Shown here: positions 9,853-18,327 of the stretch, piece by piece
Numbering within the stretch: the stretch's first letter is position 1
How the letters are laid out: every line of letters starts with the position of its first letter
Origin: an uncultured Acidobacteriota bacterium
GTDB lineage: Bacteria; Acidobacteriota; Thermoanaerobaculia; UBA5066; Gp7-AA6
Assembly (NCBI GenBank): GCA_963764715.1
Contig: CAVXTP010000012.1
Coordinates: forward strand, 1 to 64,000
Length of the DNA stretch: 64,000 bases
Direction of reading: 5' to 3'
The notes under the pieces: model-generated
The model's input: the letters and a program-made list of their open reading frames with translations, nothing else
Told to the model about the DNA's origin: nothing
Database searches by the model: none
Translations under genes and position numbers: made by a program

Positions 9853-9892
9853 TTCAGGTGCAGTCCTGCATCAGTGACCTTTCACGCGCGCC

Positions 9893-10378
9893 TCAGTTCC
9901 GCGGCGGCGGCAGGAAACCGGCGCCGACGGCCATGCAGCCCGGGTTGATCGAGATGAAGTTCGCGTAAGTGGCCTTCTGCGCGTCCGAAAGTTGCTCGAC
10001 GAACTTCGCCTCGGCCGCCTTCCGCACGTCCTCGATCTGGGAGCGGATCGACTTGCCCTGCAGGACGAGCCCGCCGAGCGCGCACGCGTCCGGACTGGCT
10101 CCGTCCGCCGCGGTCTCGATCTGGCCGTGGAGCGCTCGCATCTGTTCGGCGAGCGGACGGACCGACTCCGCGGTGTCGTTCCGGAGCGCCTCGAGCGTCG
10201 CCTGCTGCTCGGTCGTCAGGTCGAGCGAACGCACCAGGCGTTCGCCGCAGCGGCCGCCATGCTCCATTCCTCCCGGCGGCATCAGCGGCCGCCGCGGCGC
10301 GTCCTGCGCCAGGGCGAAGCCCGCCGACAGGATCAAACCTCCCGCGATGCCGATCCCGGTCTTCCCCACCATCCTCAT
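9893..10378 (-). CDS. Spy/CpxP-family periplasmic protein
   Basis: signal peptide, LDLTTEQQ and LSDAQKA LTXXQ-like motifs; divergent from a two-component system. Confidence 0.7.
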   Translation of the reverse strand: MRMVGKTGIGIAGGLILSAGFALAQDAPRRPLMPPGGMEHGGRCGERLVRSLDLTTEQQATLEALRNDTAESVRPLAEQMRALHGQIETAADGASPDACALGGLVLQGKSIRSQIEDVRKAAEAKFVEQLSDAQKATYANFISINPGCMAVGAGFLPPPRN

Positions 10379-10533
10379 GTCCGACTCCTTTCCGCGGTTC
10401 TCGCCGCCGGTCGGACGCGAGGATCGCTCGCCGCCGGGCCGCGCGTCATCACGGCGCGGCAAGGCTTTCGTAAGGGATGTAAATCCGCCCCGGCGTCGCC
10501 CGGACCGGCGCCGCGCGATGCTAGATTGCCCGC

Positions 10534-12261
10534 ATGGCGCGCAGCGCGATCCGCAACTCGCTCTTCGCCGCGGGCCTCCTGTTCGCGCTCCTCGCCGTGC
10601 TCGCCACCCTGCAGTTCCGGTGGATCGGCGAGGTCCGCGACGCCGAGCGCGAGCGCCTCGAGGCCTCGGCGCGCGCCGCCGCCGATGCCGTCGCGATCGA
10701 GTTCGACCGCGAGGTCGGCCGCGCCATGCGGACCTTCGGCGAGACGCTCCGGCCCGGCAACCACGGCGGCCTCGCGGAAGGCCTCGCGGCCGCCCGGTCG
10801 CGGTGGACGGCGGACGCGAGATTTCCCTCGCTCGTCTCGCGCGTCGACGTCGTGCGCCGGGACGAGGGTGGGGCGTGGTCTCTCGAGGAGACCGATTCCT
10901 CGGGCGGCCTCTCGCCGGTGCCCTGGCCCGCCGAGCTCGCCGCGGTCCGGCAGGTCCTCGGCGTCGGGAGCGAACGGCCTCCCGCCGAGCCGCCCCCGGG
11001 CGCCGGCGACCGGCCCGGCCCGCCCCGCATGTCCTTCATCCGGATGCTCGACGACCCGCCGGTCCTCGTCCTCGGAGTCCTCGAATCCGGGGAAGGACTC
11101 CTCGTGCGCCTCGACGGCGCGGCGATCTCGGGCCAGATCCTTCCGCAGCTCGTCGCGCGGCACTTCGGCGCCCGCGGCGACTACGACGTCGCGGTCCTCG
11201 GAGCGGGCGACCCCCGCCCGATCCTGTACCGCAGCCGGCCGGACTTCGTCCCGTCCCCGGGCCGCCCTCCCGACGCCGAGGTCCCGCTCTTCGGGCCGCG
11301 ACCCGTCACCGAGCCCGGGTCGCTCGTCCGGCGCAAAGGCGGCCCGCCCGACGGGCCTCCGCCCGGCACGGCCCCCGCCGGCATGCCGCGCGCGACCTGG
11401 ATTCTCGTCGCCTCGCACCGCGCCGGCTCCCTCGACGACGTCGTCGACGCCGCCCGGACCCGCAACCTCCTCGTCAGCGGCGGAATCCTTCTCCTGCTCG
11501 CGGCCGCGGTCGGCGTGCTCGTCACGTCGGCCCACCGCTCCGCGCGGCTCGCCCGCCAGCAGGTCGAGTTCGTCGCCAACCTGACGCACGAGCTCCGCAC
11601 GCCGCTCGCCGCGATCCGGTCCGCGGGCCAGAACCTCTCGGACGGTCTCATCGCCGACGCGGAACGCGTGCAGAAGTACGGCGACCTCATCCAGAGGGAG
11701 GGCCGCCGTCTCTCGTCCCTGATCGAGTCGGCGCTGGCCCAGGCCGGCATCGAGGCCCGCGGCGAAAGCGTGCGCGCGGGCTCCTCGTCGCTCGCCGATG
11801 CGGTGGCCGAGGCCATGGAGGCGTGCCGCCATCTCGCCGATCAGAATCGCGCCCGTGTCGACGCAGACATCCCGCCCGGGCTTCCGCCGGTCGCCGGCGA
11901 CGAGCCGGCCGTGCGCACCCTGATGGAGAACCTGCTCTCCAACGCGATCAAGTACGGCGGCGAGAACGGCCGCGTGACGGTATCGGCGGCGGCCGACGAA
12001 CGCGGCGTCCGCGTCGCGATCCGCGACCGCGGGCCCGGCATCCCGGAAGCCGAGCTGCCGCGGATCTTCGAGCCCTTCTACCGCGGCAGCCGCGCGCACG
12101 GCGCGGTCGGAGGCACCGGGCTCGGGCTCTCCCTCGTCCGGCGGATCGTCGACGCGCTCGGCGGCTCGATCGACGTCGTGAGCCGGCCGCGCGAGGGGAC
12201 GACCTTCACCGTCACGCTCCCGCGCGCGGCGGAACCGGCGGGGCAGGCCGGTCCGGCATGA
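10534..12261 (+). CDS. sensor histidine kinase
   Basis: two TM segments, H-box THELRTPL, N-box NLLSNAIKY, DRGPGI, GTGLGL. Confidence 0.95.
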   Translation: MARSAIRNSLFAAGLLFALLAVLATLQFRWIGEVRDAERERLEASARAAADAVAIEFDREVGRAMRTFGETLRPGNHGGLAEGLAAARSRWTADARFPSLVSRVDVVRRDEGGAWSLEETDSSGGLSPVPWPAELAAVRQVLGVGSERPPAEPPPGAGDRPGPPRMSFIRMLDDPPVLVLGVLESGEGLLVRLDGAAISGQILPQLVARHFGARGDYDVAVLGAGDPRPILYRSRPDFVPSPGRPPDAEVPLFGPRPVTEPGSLVRRKGGPPDGPPPGTAPAGMPRATWILVASHRAGSLDDVVDAARTRNLLVSGGILLLLAAAVGVLVTSAHRSARLARQQVEFVANLTHELRTPLAAIRSAGQNLSDGLIADAERVQKYGDLIQREGRRLSSLIESALAQAGIEARGESVRAGSSSLADAVAEAMEACRHLADQNRARVDADIPPGLPPVAGDEPAVRTLMENLLSNAIKYGGENGRVTVSAAADERGVRVAIRDRGPGIPEAELPRIFEPFYRGSRAHGAVGGTGLGLSLVRRIVDALGGSIDVVSRPREGTTFTVTLPRAAEPAGQAGPA

Positions 12262-12947
12262 AGCTTCCGCGCGTCCTTCTCGTCGAGGACGAGCCCAGCC
12301 TCGTCGTCACGCTGACCGACCGCCTCGCCGGCGAGGGCTACGACGTGACCACGGCGGGCGACGGCGTCTCGGCGCTGGCGACCGCGCGGGCCGGATCGTT
12401 CGACGTGGTGCTGCTCGACGTCGCGCTGCCCGGCAAGAACGGCTTCGACGTGTGCCGGGAGCTGCGGCAGGGAGGCAGCGACGTTCCGGTCCTCATGCTG
12501 ACGGCGCGGGGCGACGTCACCGATCGCGTCGTAGGCCTCAAGCTCGGCGCCGACGACTACCTCGCCAAGCCCTTCGAGATGATCGAGCTCCTCGCGCGCA
12601 TGGAGGCCCTGCTGCGGCGCCGGCGCCCGTCGCCCGGCATCACCGGCGACGGCTACGCGTTCGGCGACGTCCGCATCGACTTCCGCGCCGCGCAGGTCTT
12701 CCGGGCCGGCGAGCCGATCGAGATGTCGGCCCTCGAGTACAAGCTCCTGAAGCACTTCGTGCAGAACCGCGGCGCGCTGCTTTCGCGCGAGGAGCTGCTC
12801 GACAAGGTCTGGGGCTACGAGGCGACGCCGACGACGCGGACCGTCGACGTGCACATCGCGTCGCTCCGCCAGAAGATCGAGACGAATCCCTCGCACCCCG
12901 AGCACATCCGCACCGTCCACCGACTCGGCTACCGCTTCACCGGCTAG
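12258..12947 (+). CDS. OmpR-family response regulator
   Basis: LLVEDE, LLDVALP, GADDYLAKPF, TRTVDVHI...GYRF; ATGA overlap with the kinase. Confidence 0.95.
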   Translation: MKLPRVLLVEDEPSLVVTLTDRLAGEGYDVTTAGDGVSALATARAGSFDVVLLDVALPGKNGFDVCRELRQGGSDVPVLMLTARGDVTDRVVGLKLGADDYLAKPFEMIELLARMEALLRRRRPSPGITGDGYAFGDVRIDFRAAQVFRAGEPIEMSALEYKLLKHFVQNRGALLSREELLDKVWGYEATPTTRTVDVHIASLRQKIETNPSHPEHIRTVHRLGYRFTG

Positions 12948-12948
12948 G

Positions 12949-13074
12949 GGGGTCAGGTCTTCATTTTTCTGCCGTCGCGAACTGTAGCCCCGAGCCGAAA
13001 AATGAAGACCTGACCCCCTTCTGCCGCGAGCCGAAAAATGAAGACCTGACCCCTTCCACGAGCCCCGCCCCTAC
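12949..13074. repeat. composite repeat: GGGGTCAG-family inverted pair with a duplicated arm, plus a half REP
   Basis: GGGGTCAGGTCTTCATTTTT, then two direct copies of CGAGCCGAAAAATGAAGACCTGACCCC, then ACGAGCCCCGCCCCTAC. Confidence 0.85.
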
Positions 13075-13637
13075 GACCGGGAGCCGGACGCGCCGGACTG
13101 CTTCGTTCGCACCAGGCGCGACGGGTCGTAGCCCTGCGCCGCGACGAGCCTCTCGAGCCGCTCGAGGACCGGCTCCGGCAGCGACGGGGTGCGCGAGAGG
13201 ATCCACAGGTACTTGCGGTCCGGCGTCCCGACGACCGCGTACCCGTAGTCCTCGGCGAGCGCCAGGATCCAGTAGTTCGCCCAGACGAATGGCAGCCACG
13301 AGAGCGCCCGCGGCGCGAAGCGCACCTTGAGCTTCGAGTTCGACCCGTCGGTCGAAACGTTCCGGGCAAGCCCCTGCGAGCGCCTCTCTCCGCCGCTCTC
13401 GTCGCGGCAGCTGTTGTCGACGCCGATCTTCCCGTCCGGCTGGAGCGTGTACTTCGCGACGACGTCGCCGGCGCAGTGCTTCTGAAACCGGTTGGGATAG
13501 CGGGCGACCTCGTACCACCGGCCGGCGTAGCGCTGCAGATCGACCCGTGCGACCGTCGTCGGCTCGGGGGTCGAGCCGGCCGCCGAAGACGCGAGCGTCA
13601 ACGCCAGCAGAACCGCGGTCGAGCGCCGGACCTGCAT
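13071..13637 (-). CDS. blc: bacterial lipocalin
   Basis: VDLQRYAGRWYEVAR, YWIL...DYGYAVVG...YLWILSR. Confidence 0.9.
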   Translation of the reverse strand: MQVRRSTAVLLALTLASSAAGSTPEPTTVARVDLQRYAGRWYEVARYPNRFQKHCAGDVVAKYTLQPDGKIGVDNSCRDESGGERRSQGLARNVSTDGSNSKLKVRFAPRALSWLPFVWANYWILALAEDYGYAVVGTPDRKYLWILSRTPSLPEPVLERLERLVAAQGYDPSRLVRTKQSGASGSRS

Positions 13638-13735
13638 CGATTCCTCCCCGCGCGGACCATGCCCCAGTATTCCGCCAGACCGAAACGCTGTCCAGGTGCG
13701 GTTATGCTTGCCGCCCGAAGGTGGAGGAATGAATC

Positions 13736-15481
13736 ATGCGACTGCGCCACCCCGGAACCGTCATCCTCGCGTCCATGGCCCTCGCGTCCGTCGTGGCGCT
13801 GGCGCCGCGCGCTGAGGGCGCGAAGGTGCGTTTCGCGGTCACGTATCCCGCCGACAAGAGCGCCTCGCCGCTCGACGGCCGGCTGCTGCTGCTCCTGTCG
13901 ACCGACAAGAGCGAGGAGCCCCGCGCGCAGATCACCGACAACGCCATCCGCAGCCAGCAGGTCTTCGGGATCGACGTCGACGGCTGGAAGGCCGGCACGG
14001 ACGCCGTTTTCGAGGGCGACGTCCTGGGCTTTCCCACGATGAGCCTCGCCGAGATCCCGCCGGGCACCTACCAGGTCCAGGCGCTCCTCCACCGCTACGA
14101 GACCTTCCGCCGCGCCGACGGCCACACCGTGAAGCTCCCGATGGACCGCGGCGAAGGCCAGCAGTGGAGCAAGGCGCCCGGGAACCTCTACTCGACGCCG
14201 CGGGAGATCACGATCGATCCCGCGCGGGCCGAGACGATCCGCATCGCGCTCGACCAGGTCATCCCGCCGATCCCCGACCCGCCGACGACGAAGTACGTCA
14301 AGCACGAGAAGATCCTCTCGGAGCGGCTGACGAAGTTCTGGGGGCGGCCGATGTACCTCGGCGCGCACGTCCTGCTCCCGGAGGGATACGACACGCACCC
14401 CGAGGCGCGCTACCCGCTCGTCATCAACCACGGCCACTTCCCCTACACGCTCGAGGGCTTCCGGCCCGAGCCGCCCGACCCGAACCTCCCGCCCAAGTAC
14501 TCGGAGCGCTTTCACGTCGAGGGGTACAACCGGATCGAACAGGAGCTCGCCCACCAGTTCTACAAGGACTGGACGGGCCCGGGCTACCCCCGGTACCTGC
14601 TGATCGAGATCCAGCACGCCAACCCCTTCTACGACGACTCCTACTCGGTCAACTCGCAGAACCTCGGACCGTACGGCGACGCGATCACCTACGAGCTCAT
14701 CCCGTACCTCGAGAAGAAGTACCGCGCGCTCGGCGGGGGCTGGGCGCGCTTCATGTACGGCGGCTCGACAGGTGGCTGGGAGGCGCTCGCCGCGCAGATC
14801 CTCTACCCCGACGAGTACAACGGCTGCTGGGCGGCCTGCCCCGACCCCATCGACTTCCACGCCTACATGACGGTCAACATCTACGACCAGCCCAACGCCT
14901 ACTACTGGTCGAGCCCCTGGACGAGGATCGCGACGCCCGCGCACCGCGACTACCTCGGCCACCTCCAGGCGACCGTCGAGCAGACGAGCCGCTTCGAGCT
15001 CGTCATCGGGGAGAAGACGCGCTCGGGCGGGCAGTGGGACATCTGGGAGGCCGTCTTCTCGCCCGTCGGCGCCGACGGGTATCCGAAGCGCATCTGGGAC
15101 CGGCGCACCGGCGTCATCGACAAGTCCGTCGCGGCGTTCTGGAAGGAGAACTACGACCTCGTCGACATCCTCAAGCGCAACTGGTCGACGGGGCTCGGCC
15201 GGAAGCTCGCCGGCAAGCTCCACATCTACGTCGGCGAGGCCGACAACTACTACCTCAACAACGCGGTGTACCTCGCCGAGGACTTCCTGCGGACGACCGA
15301 TCCGTACTACGCCGGCGAGATCGACTACGGCCCGCGCGCCGAGCACTGCTGGAACGGCGATCACACGCAGCCGAACCACATCTCGCGCCTGCGCTATCAC
15401 CAGATGTACGCGCCGAAGATCGTGGAACGGATCGAAAAGAGCGCGCCGCCCGGGGCGGATCTGAAGAGCTGGCGGTACTGA
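13736..15481 (+). CDS. secreted alpha/beta-hydrolase (putative esterase)
   Basis: signal peptide, HVLLPEGY...RYP, nucleophile motif GGSTGG, C-terminal EHCW. Confidence 0.75.
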   Translation: MRLRHPGTVILASMALASVVALAPRAEGAKVRFAVTYPADKSASPLDGRLLLLLSTDKSEEPRAQITDNAIRSQQVFGIDVDGWKAGTDAVFEGDVLGFPTMSLAEIPPGTYQVQALLHRYETFRRADGHTVKLPMDRGEGQQWSKAPGNLYSTPREITIDPARAETIRIALDQVIPPIPDPPTTKYVKHEKILSERLTKFWGRPMYLGAHVLLPEGYDTHPEARYPLVINHGHFPYTLEGFRPEPPDPNLPPKYSERFHVEGYNRIEQELAHQFYKDWTGPGYPRYLLIEIQHANPFYDDSYSVNSQNLGPYGDAITYELIPYLEKKYRALGGGWARFMYGGSTGGWEALAAQILYPDEYNGCWAACPDPIDFHAYMTVNIYDQPNAYYWSSPWTRIATPAHRDYLGHLQATVEQTSRFELVIGEKTRSGGQWDIWEAVFSPVGADGYPKRIWDRRTGVIDKSVAAFWKENYDLVDILKRNWSTGLGRKLAGKLHIYVGEADNYYLNNAVYLAEDFLRTTDPYYAGEIDYGPRAEHCWNGDHTQPNHISRLRYHQMYAPKIVERIEKSAPPGADLKSWRY

Positions 15482-15568
15482 GGCCCTTCTCCCATCCGGG
15501 CGCGAATAGATCCCGTCCCGGAGAGGTTCTGGGTTGAAAGGAGGAACCCCTCCCGGAAAGGAGCCTCT

Positions 15569-15808
15569 ATGTCCGACCCTCAGAACCCCAAGACTCCCCA
15601 GAGCCCTGCGCCCGAGCCGACGCCGTCGCGCAAAAGGCGCAAACACGGTTATCGCGGCTATCCGAACAATCCGAGCGTGGGCGGCAGCGTCCATTTCGGC
15701 AGCGGCTTCGGTGGCGTCGGCGCGGCGGGAGTGTCCGGACGCGCTGGAGTGGTGAAGTCCGACGTGATCTCCGAGCGGACGCGCGAGGACGCCGAGAATA
15801 CCGAGTAG
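15569..15808 (+). CDS. small hypothetical protein
   Basis: AAGGAG RBS 6 nt before ATG; 79 aa filling an intergenic gap. Confidence 0.55.
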   Translation: MSDPQNPKTPQSPAPEPTPSRKRRKHGYRGYPNNPSVGGSVHFGSGFGGVGAAGVSGRAGVVKSDVISERTREDAENTE

Positions 15809-15812
15809 CGAG

Positions 15813-16528
15813 CTACTTCTTCGGCGGCCGCGAAGGCCGCAGATCGATCCGCGAGGCGATCGCCCGGTCCGGGAACCGCACGAGGTCCGCCACGGCCTCC
15901 GCCACGTCCTCGGGATGGAGCATCCAGGACGTGTCCTGGTTCCCGTGTGAGTGCATCCAGTCGGTCGCGACGGAGCCGGGAAGGACGGCCGCGATGCGAA
16001 TGCCCTGGTGGCGCAGGTCGAGCATCGCGGCCTCCGAGAACCCGAGCAGGCCGAACTTCGACGCGTTGTAGGCGCTGCCGCCGGCGAAGGCGTTGACGCC
16101 GGCGAGCGACGCGATGTTGACGATGAAGCCGCCGCCGTTCTTCTTCATCAGCGGCGCGGCGTAGTGGATCGCGTAGAACGGGCCGAAGAGGTTCGTCTCG
16201 AGGACCTCGCGGAACTGTTCCGGCTCCAGCCGGTCCACGGGGTCGAAGCGCCCGATCCCCGCGTTGTTGACGAGGACGTCGAGGCGCCCGCCCTCGCGCG
16301 CGACCGACTCGACCAGGCGCTTCTGGTCCTCTTCGCGGCGGGCGTCCGCCGGGAACCCTCGAATCGCGAGCCCGTCCTTGCGCAAACCGGGACTCGGCGT
16401 CCTTGACCGATTCCCCCGTCCGGCCCGACACGAAGACCGCGAACCCGTCCTTCGCCAGCCTGCCGCGCGATCGCCTCGCCGATCCCCCGCGTCCCGCCCG
16501 TCACCAGGGCCACCCGTGTCGTCGTCAT
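15813..16528 (-). pseudogene. SDR family oxidoreductase, two +1 frameshifts (possibly sequencing errors)
   Basis: VALVTGGTRGIG, VFVSGR, and LVNNAG/YNASK lie in three successive frames; extra bases near 16463 and 16385. Confidence 0.8.
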
Positions 16529-16542
16529 CCCGCCATCCTAAT

Positions 16543-16593
16543 GGGGTCAGCCCTGCATCTCTGACTCCTGGGGCCTGACCTGCATTTCTGACT
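16543..16593 (+). repeat. GGGGTCAG-family repeat, tandem doublet
   Basis: GGGGTCAGCCCTGCATCTCTGACT then GGGGCCTGACCTGCATTTCTGACT. Confidence 0.85.
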
Positions 16594-16617
16594 TTTCCCG
16601 GAAGTGCCGCGCGGCCC

Positions 16618-16650
16618 AGAAAAAGAAAGAGGCGGGGTTGCCCCCGCCTC
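16618..16650 (-). terminator. intrinsic terminator of the RRM gene
   Basis: GAGGCGGGG/CCCCGCCTC stem followed on the minus strand by TTTCTTTTT. Confidence 0.8.
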
Positions 16651-16672
16651 GAAAGTCGTGAATCGATTGGGT

Positions 16673-16960
16673 TCAGTAGCGGGGACGACCGCCGCCGTAA
16701 CCGCCGCCGCCGCCGCCCTCGGGCTTCGGACGCGCCTCGTTGACCTTCAGCGACCGGCCGCCGAGATCGGTGCCGTTCATCGTCAGGGCCTGCTTGGCCT
16801 GCTCGTCGTTCGAGAATTCGACGAAACCGAACCCCTTGGACTGGCCGGTCTCGCGGTCGGTGATGACGCGGGCCGAGTCGGGCTGGCCGAACTTGGTGAA
16901 CATGGCCTCGAGCTGATCGTCGGAGATGTTGTACGGGAGATTACCTACGTAGAGCTTCAT
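16673..16960 (-). CDS. RRM RNA-binding protein
   Basis: RNP2 KLYVGNL, RNP1 KGFGFVEF, Gly-rich tail. Confidence 0.93.
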   Translation of the reverse strand: MKLYVGNLPYNISDDQLEAMFTKFGQPDSARVITDRETGQSKGFGFVEFSNDEQAKQALTMNGTDLGGRSLKVNEARPKPEGGGGGGYGGGRPRY

Positions 16961-17117
16961 CGGATCCATCCTTGAGTCCGCCGGAATTAGTTCTGTGGCG
17001 GAGAGTCCGCCGGCGCGGGGCTCCGCATTCTCGTGAGTTTTTCGTTCGGAGTTCGACAGAACAGGTCTGGCAAAAGGCGAGCGAACCGAGAACGAGCTGG
17101 ACTATAGCATGGATCCC

Positions 17118-18074
17118 ATGAAAGAGCGTCAACTCGGCTCGACGGGCCGTTTCGTCCACCCGGTCGGCTTGGGCTGCATGGGCCTCTCCTGGGCCTACCG
17201 CGACGCGGCCGTGGACGAGGCCGCCGGCATCGATCTGATCCGCCATGCCGTCGACCTCGGCGTGAACCACTTCGACACCTCCGACGCCTACGGCCCGTTC
17301 ACCAACGAGCGCCTCGTCGGCCGGGCGCTGCAGGGCCGCCACGACCGCGTGACGCTCGCGACGAAGGTCGGGCTCGTCGTCGAGGATCCCTCCACCTACC
17401 GCTACGGCCGCGACGGCCGTCCCGAGCACGTCCGCGAGGCAGCCGACGCCTCGCTCGCGCGCCTCGGAGTCGACGTGATCGATCTTTACTACCTGCATCG
17501 CGTCGATCCGAAGGTGCCGGTCGAAGACACCTGGGCGGCCATGTCCTCGCTCGTCGCGGCGGGCAAGGTACGCTGGCTCGGGATCTCCGAGCCGACCGTC
17601 GCGGAGCTCGACAAGGTCACGGCGATCCACCCCGTCACCGCCGTGCAGTCGGAGCTGTCCCTCTGGACGCGCGACTACGTCGCGAGCATCCTTCCGTGGT
17701 GCCGCTCGCACGGCGTATCGTTCGTCGCTTTCTCGCCGCTCGGCCGGGGCTTTCTCACCGGGGCGATCGCCGCCGACGCCCGATTCGGCCCGGAGGACTT
17801 CCGCTCGCGGCTACCCCGCTTTTCCGCCGAGGCCGTCGCCGCGAATCAGCGCATCGTCGACGCCGTGCGCGCGATCGCGGCGCGCCGCGGTGTCACCGCC
17901 GCGCAGATCGCGCTCGCCTGGGTCCTCGCCCAGGGACCGCGGGTCCTCGCCATCCCGGGCACGCAGCGTCGCAAGTACCTCGAGCAGAACTTCGCGGCGG
18001 CGGACCTCTCGCTCACGGCCGAGGATCTGGCCGCGCTCGACGCAATCCCGGCGCCGGTCGGCGGACGCTACTGA
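17118..18074 (+). CDS. aldo/keto reductase
   Basis: GLGCMG, FDTSDAYG, ATK, DLYYLHR, IPGT. Confidence 0.92.
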   Translation: MKERQLGSTGRFVHPVGLGCMGLSWAYRDAAVDEAAGIDLIRHAVDLGVNHFDTSDAYGPFTNERLVGRALQGRHDRVTLATKVGLVVEDPSTYRYGRDGRPEHVREAADASLARLGVDVIDLYYLHRVDPKVPVEDTWAAMSSLVAAGKVRWLGISEPTVAELDKVTAIHPVTAVQSELSLWTRDYVASILPWCRSHGVSFVAFSPLGRGFLTGAIAADARFGPEDFRSRLPRFSAEAVAANQRIVDAVRAIAARRGVTAAQIALAWVLAQGPRVLAIPGTQRRKYLEQNFAAADLSLTAEDLAALDAIPAPVGGRY

Positions 18075-18327
18075 CGAACGGGCCGCCCCGGCTCGCACGG
18101 TCGGCGGGCCACTCGGTCCGTATGCGTCGGGGAAACGGCCTTCCGCGCCGGTAACTGAACAACCTGCATCAGGCTTCCTCCCGCCGATCTCACGACAATC
18201 GAGCTCCCGGGCCGCGACCCTCGCTACGGCCCGCAGACGGGAACTCGAACTGAAAACTTCGTCCCCTCTCGCGACACTCGCTCCTGCGGAAAGGCGCGGG
18301 CGGCGCAATCCTCCGAAGGAGCCGAAC

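Noticed and set aside
9969-12947. 992-aa ORF ending in a response regulator
   Set aside because: Only 12258-12947 is real; the rest is an off-frame shadow
16380-16470. Programmed ribosomal frameshifting in the SDR gene
   Set aside because: No slippery heptamer; two shifts would be needed and the same +1 pattern recurs in unrelated genes
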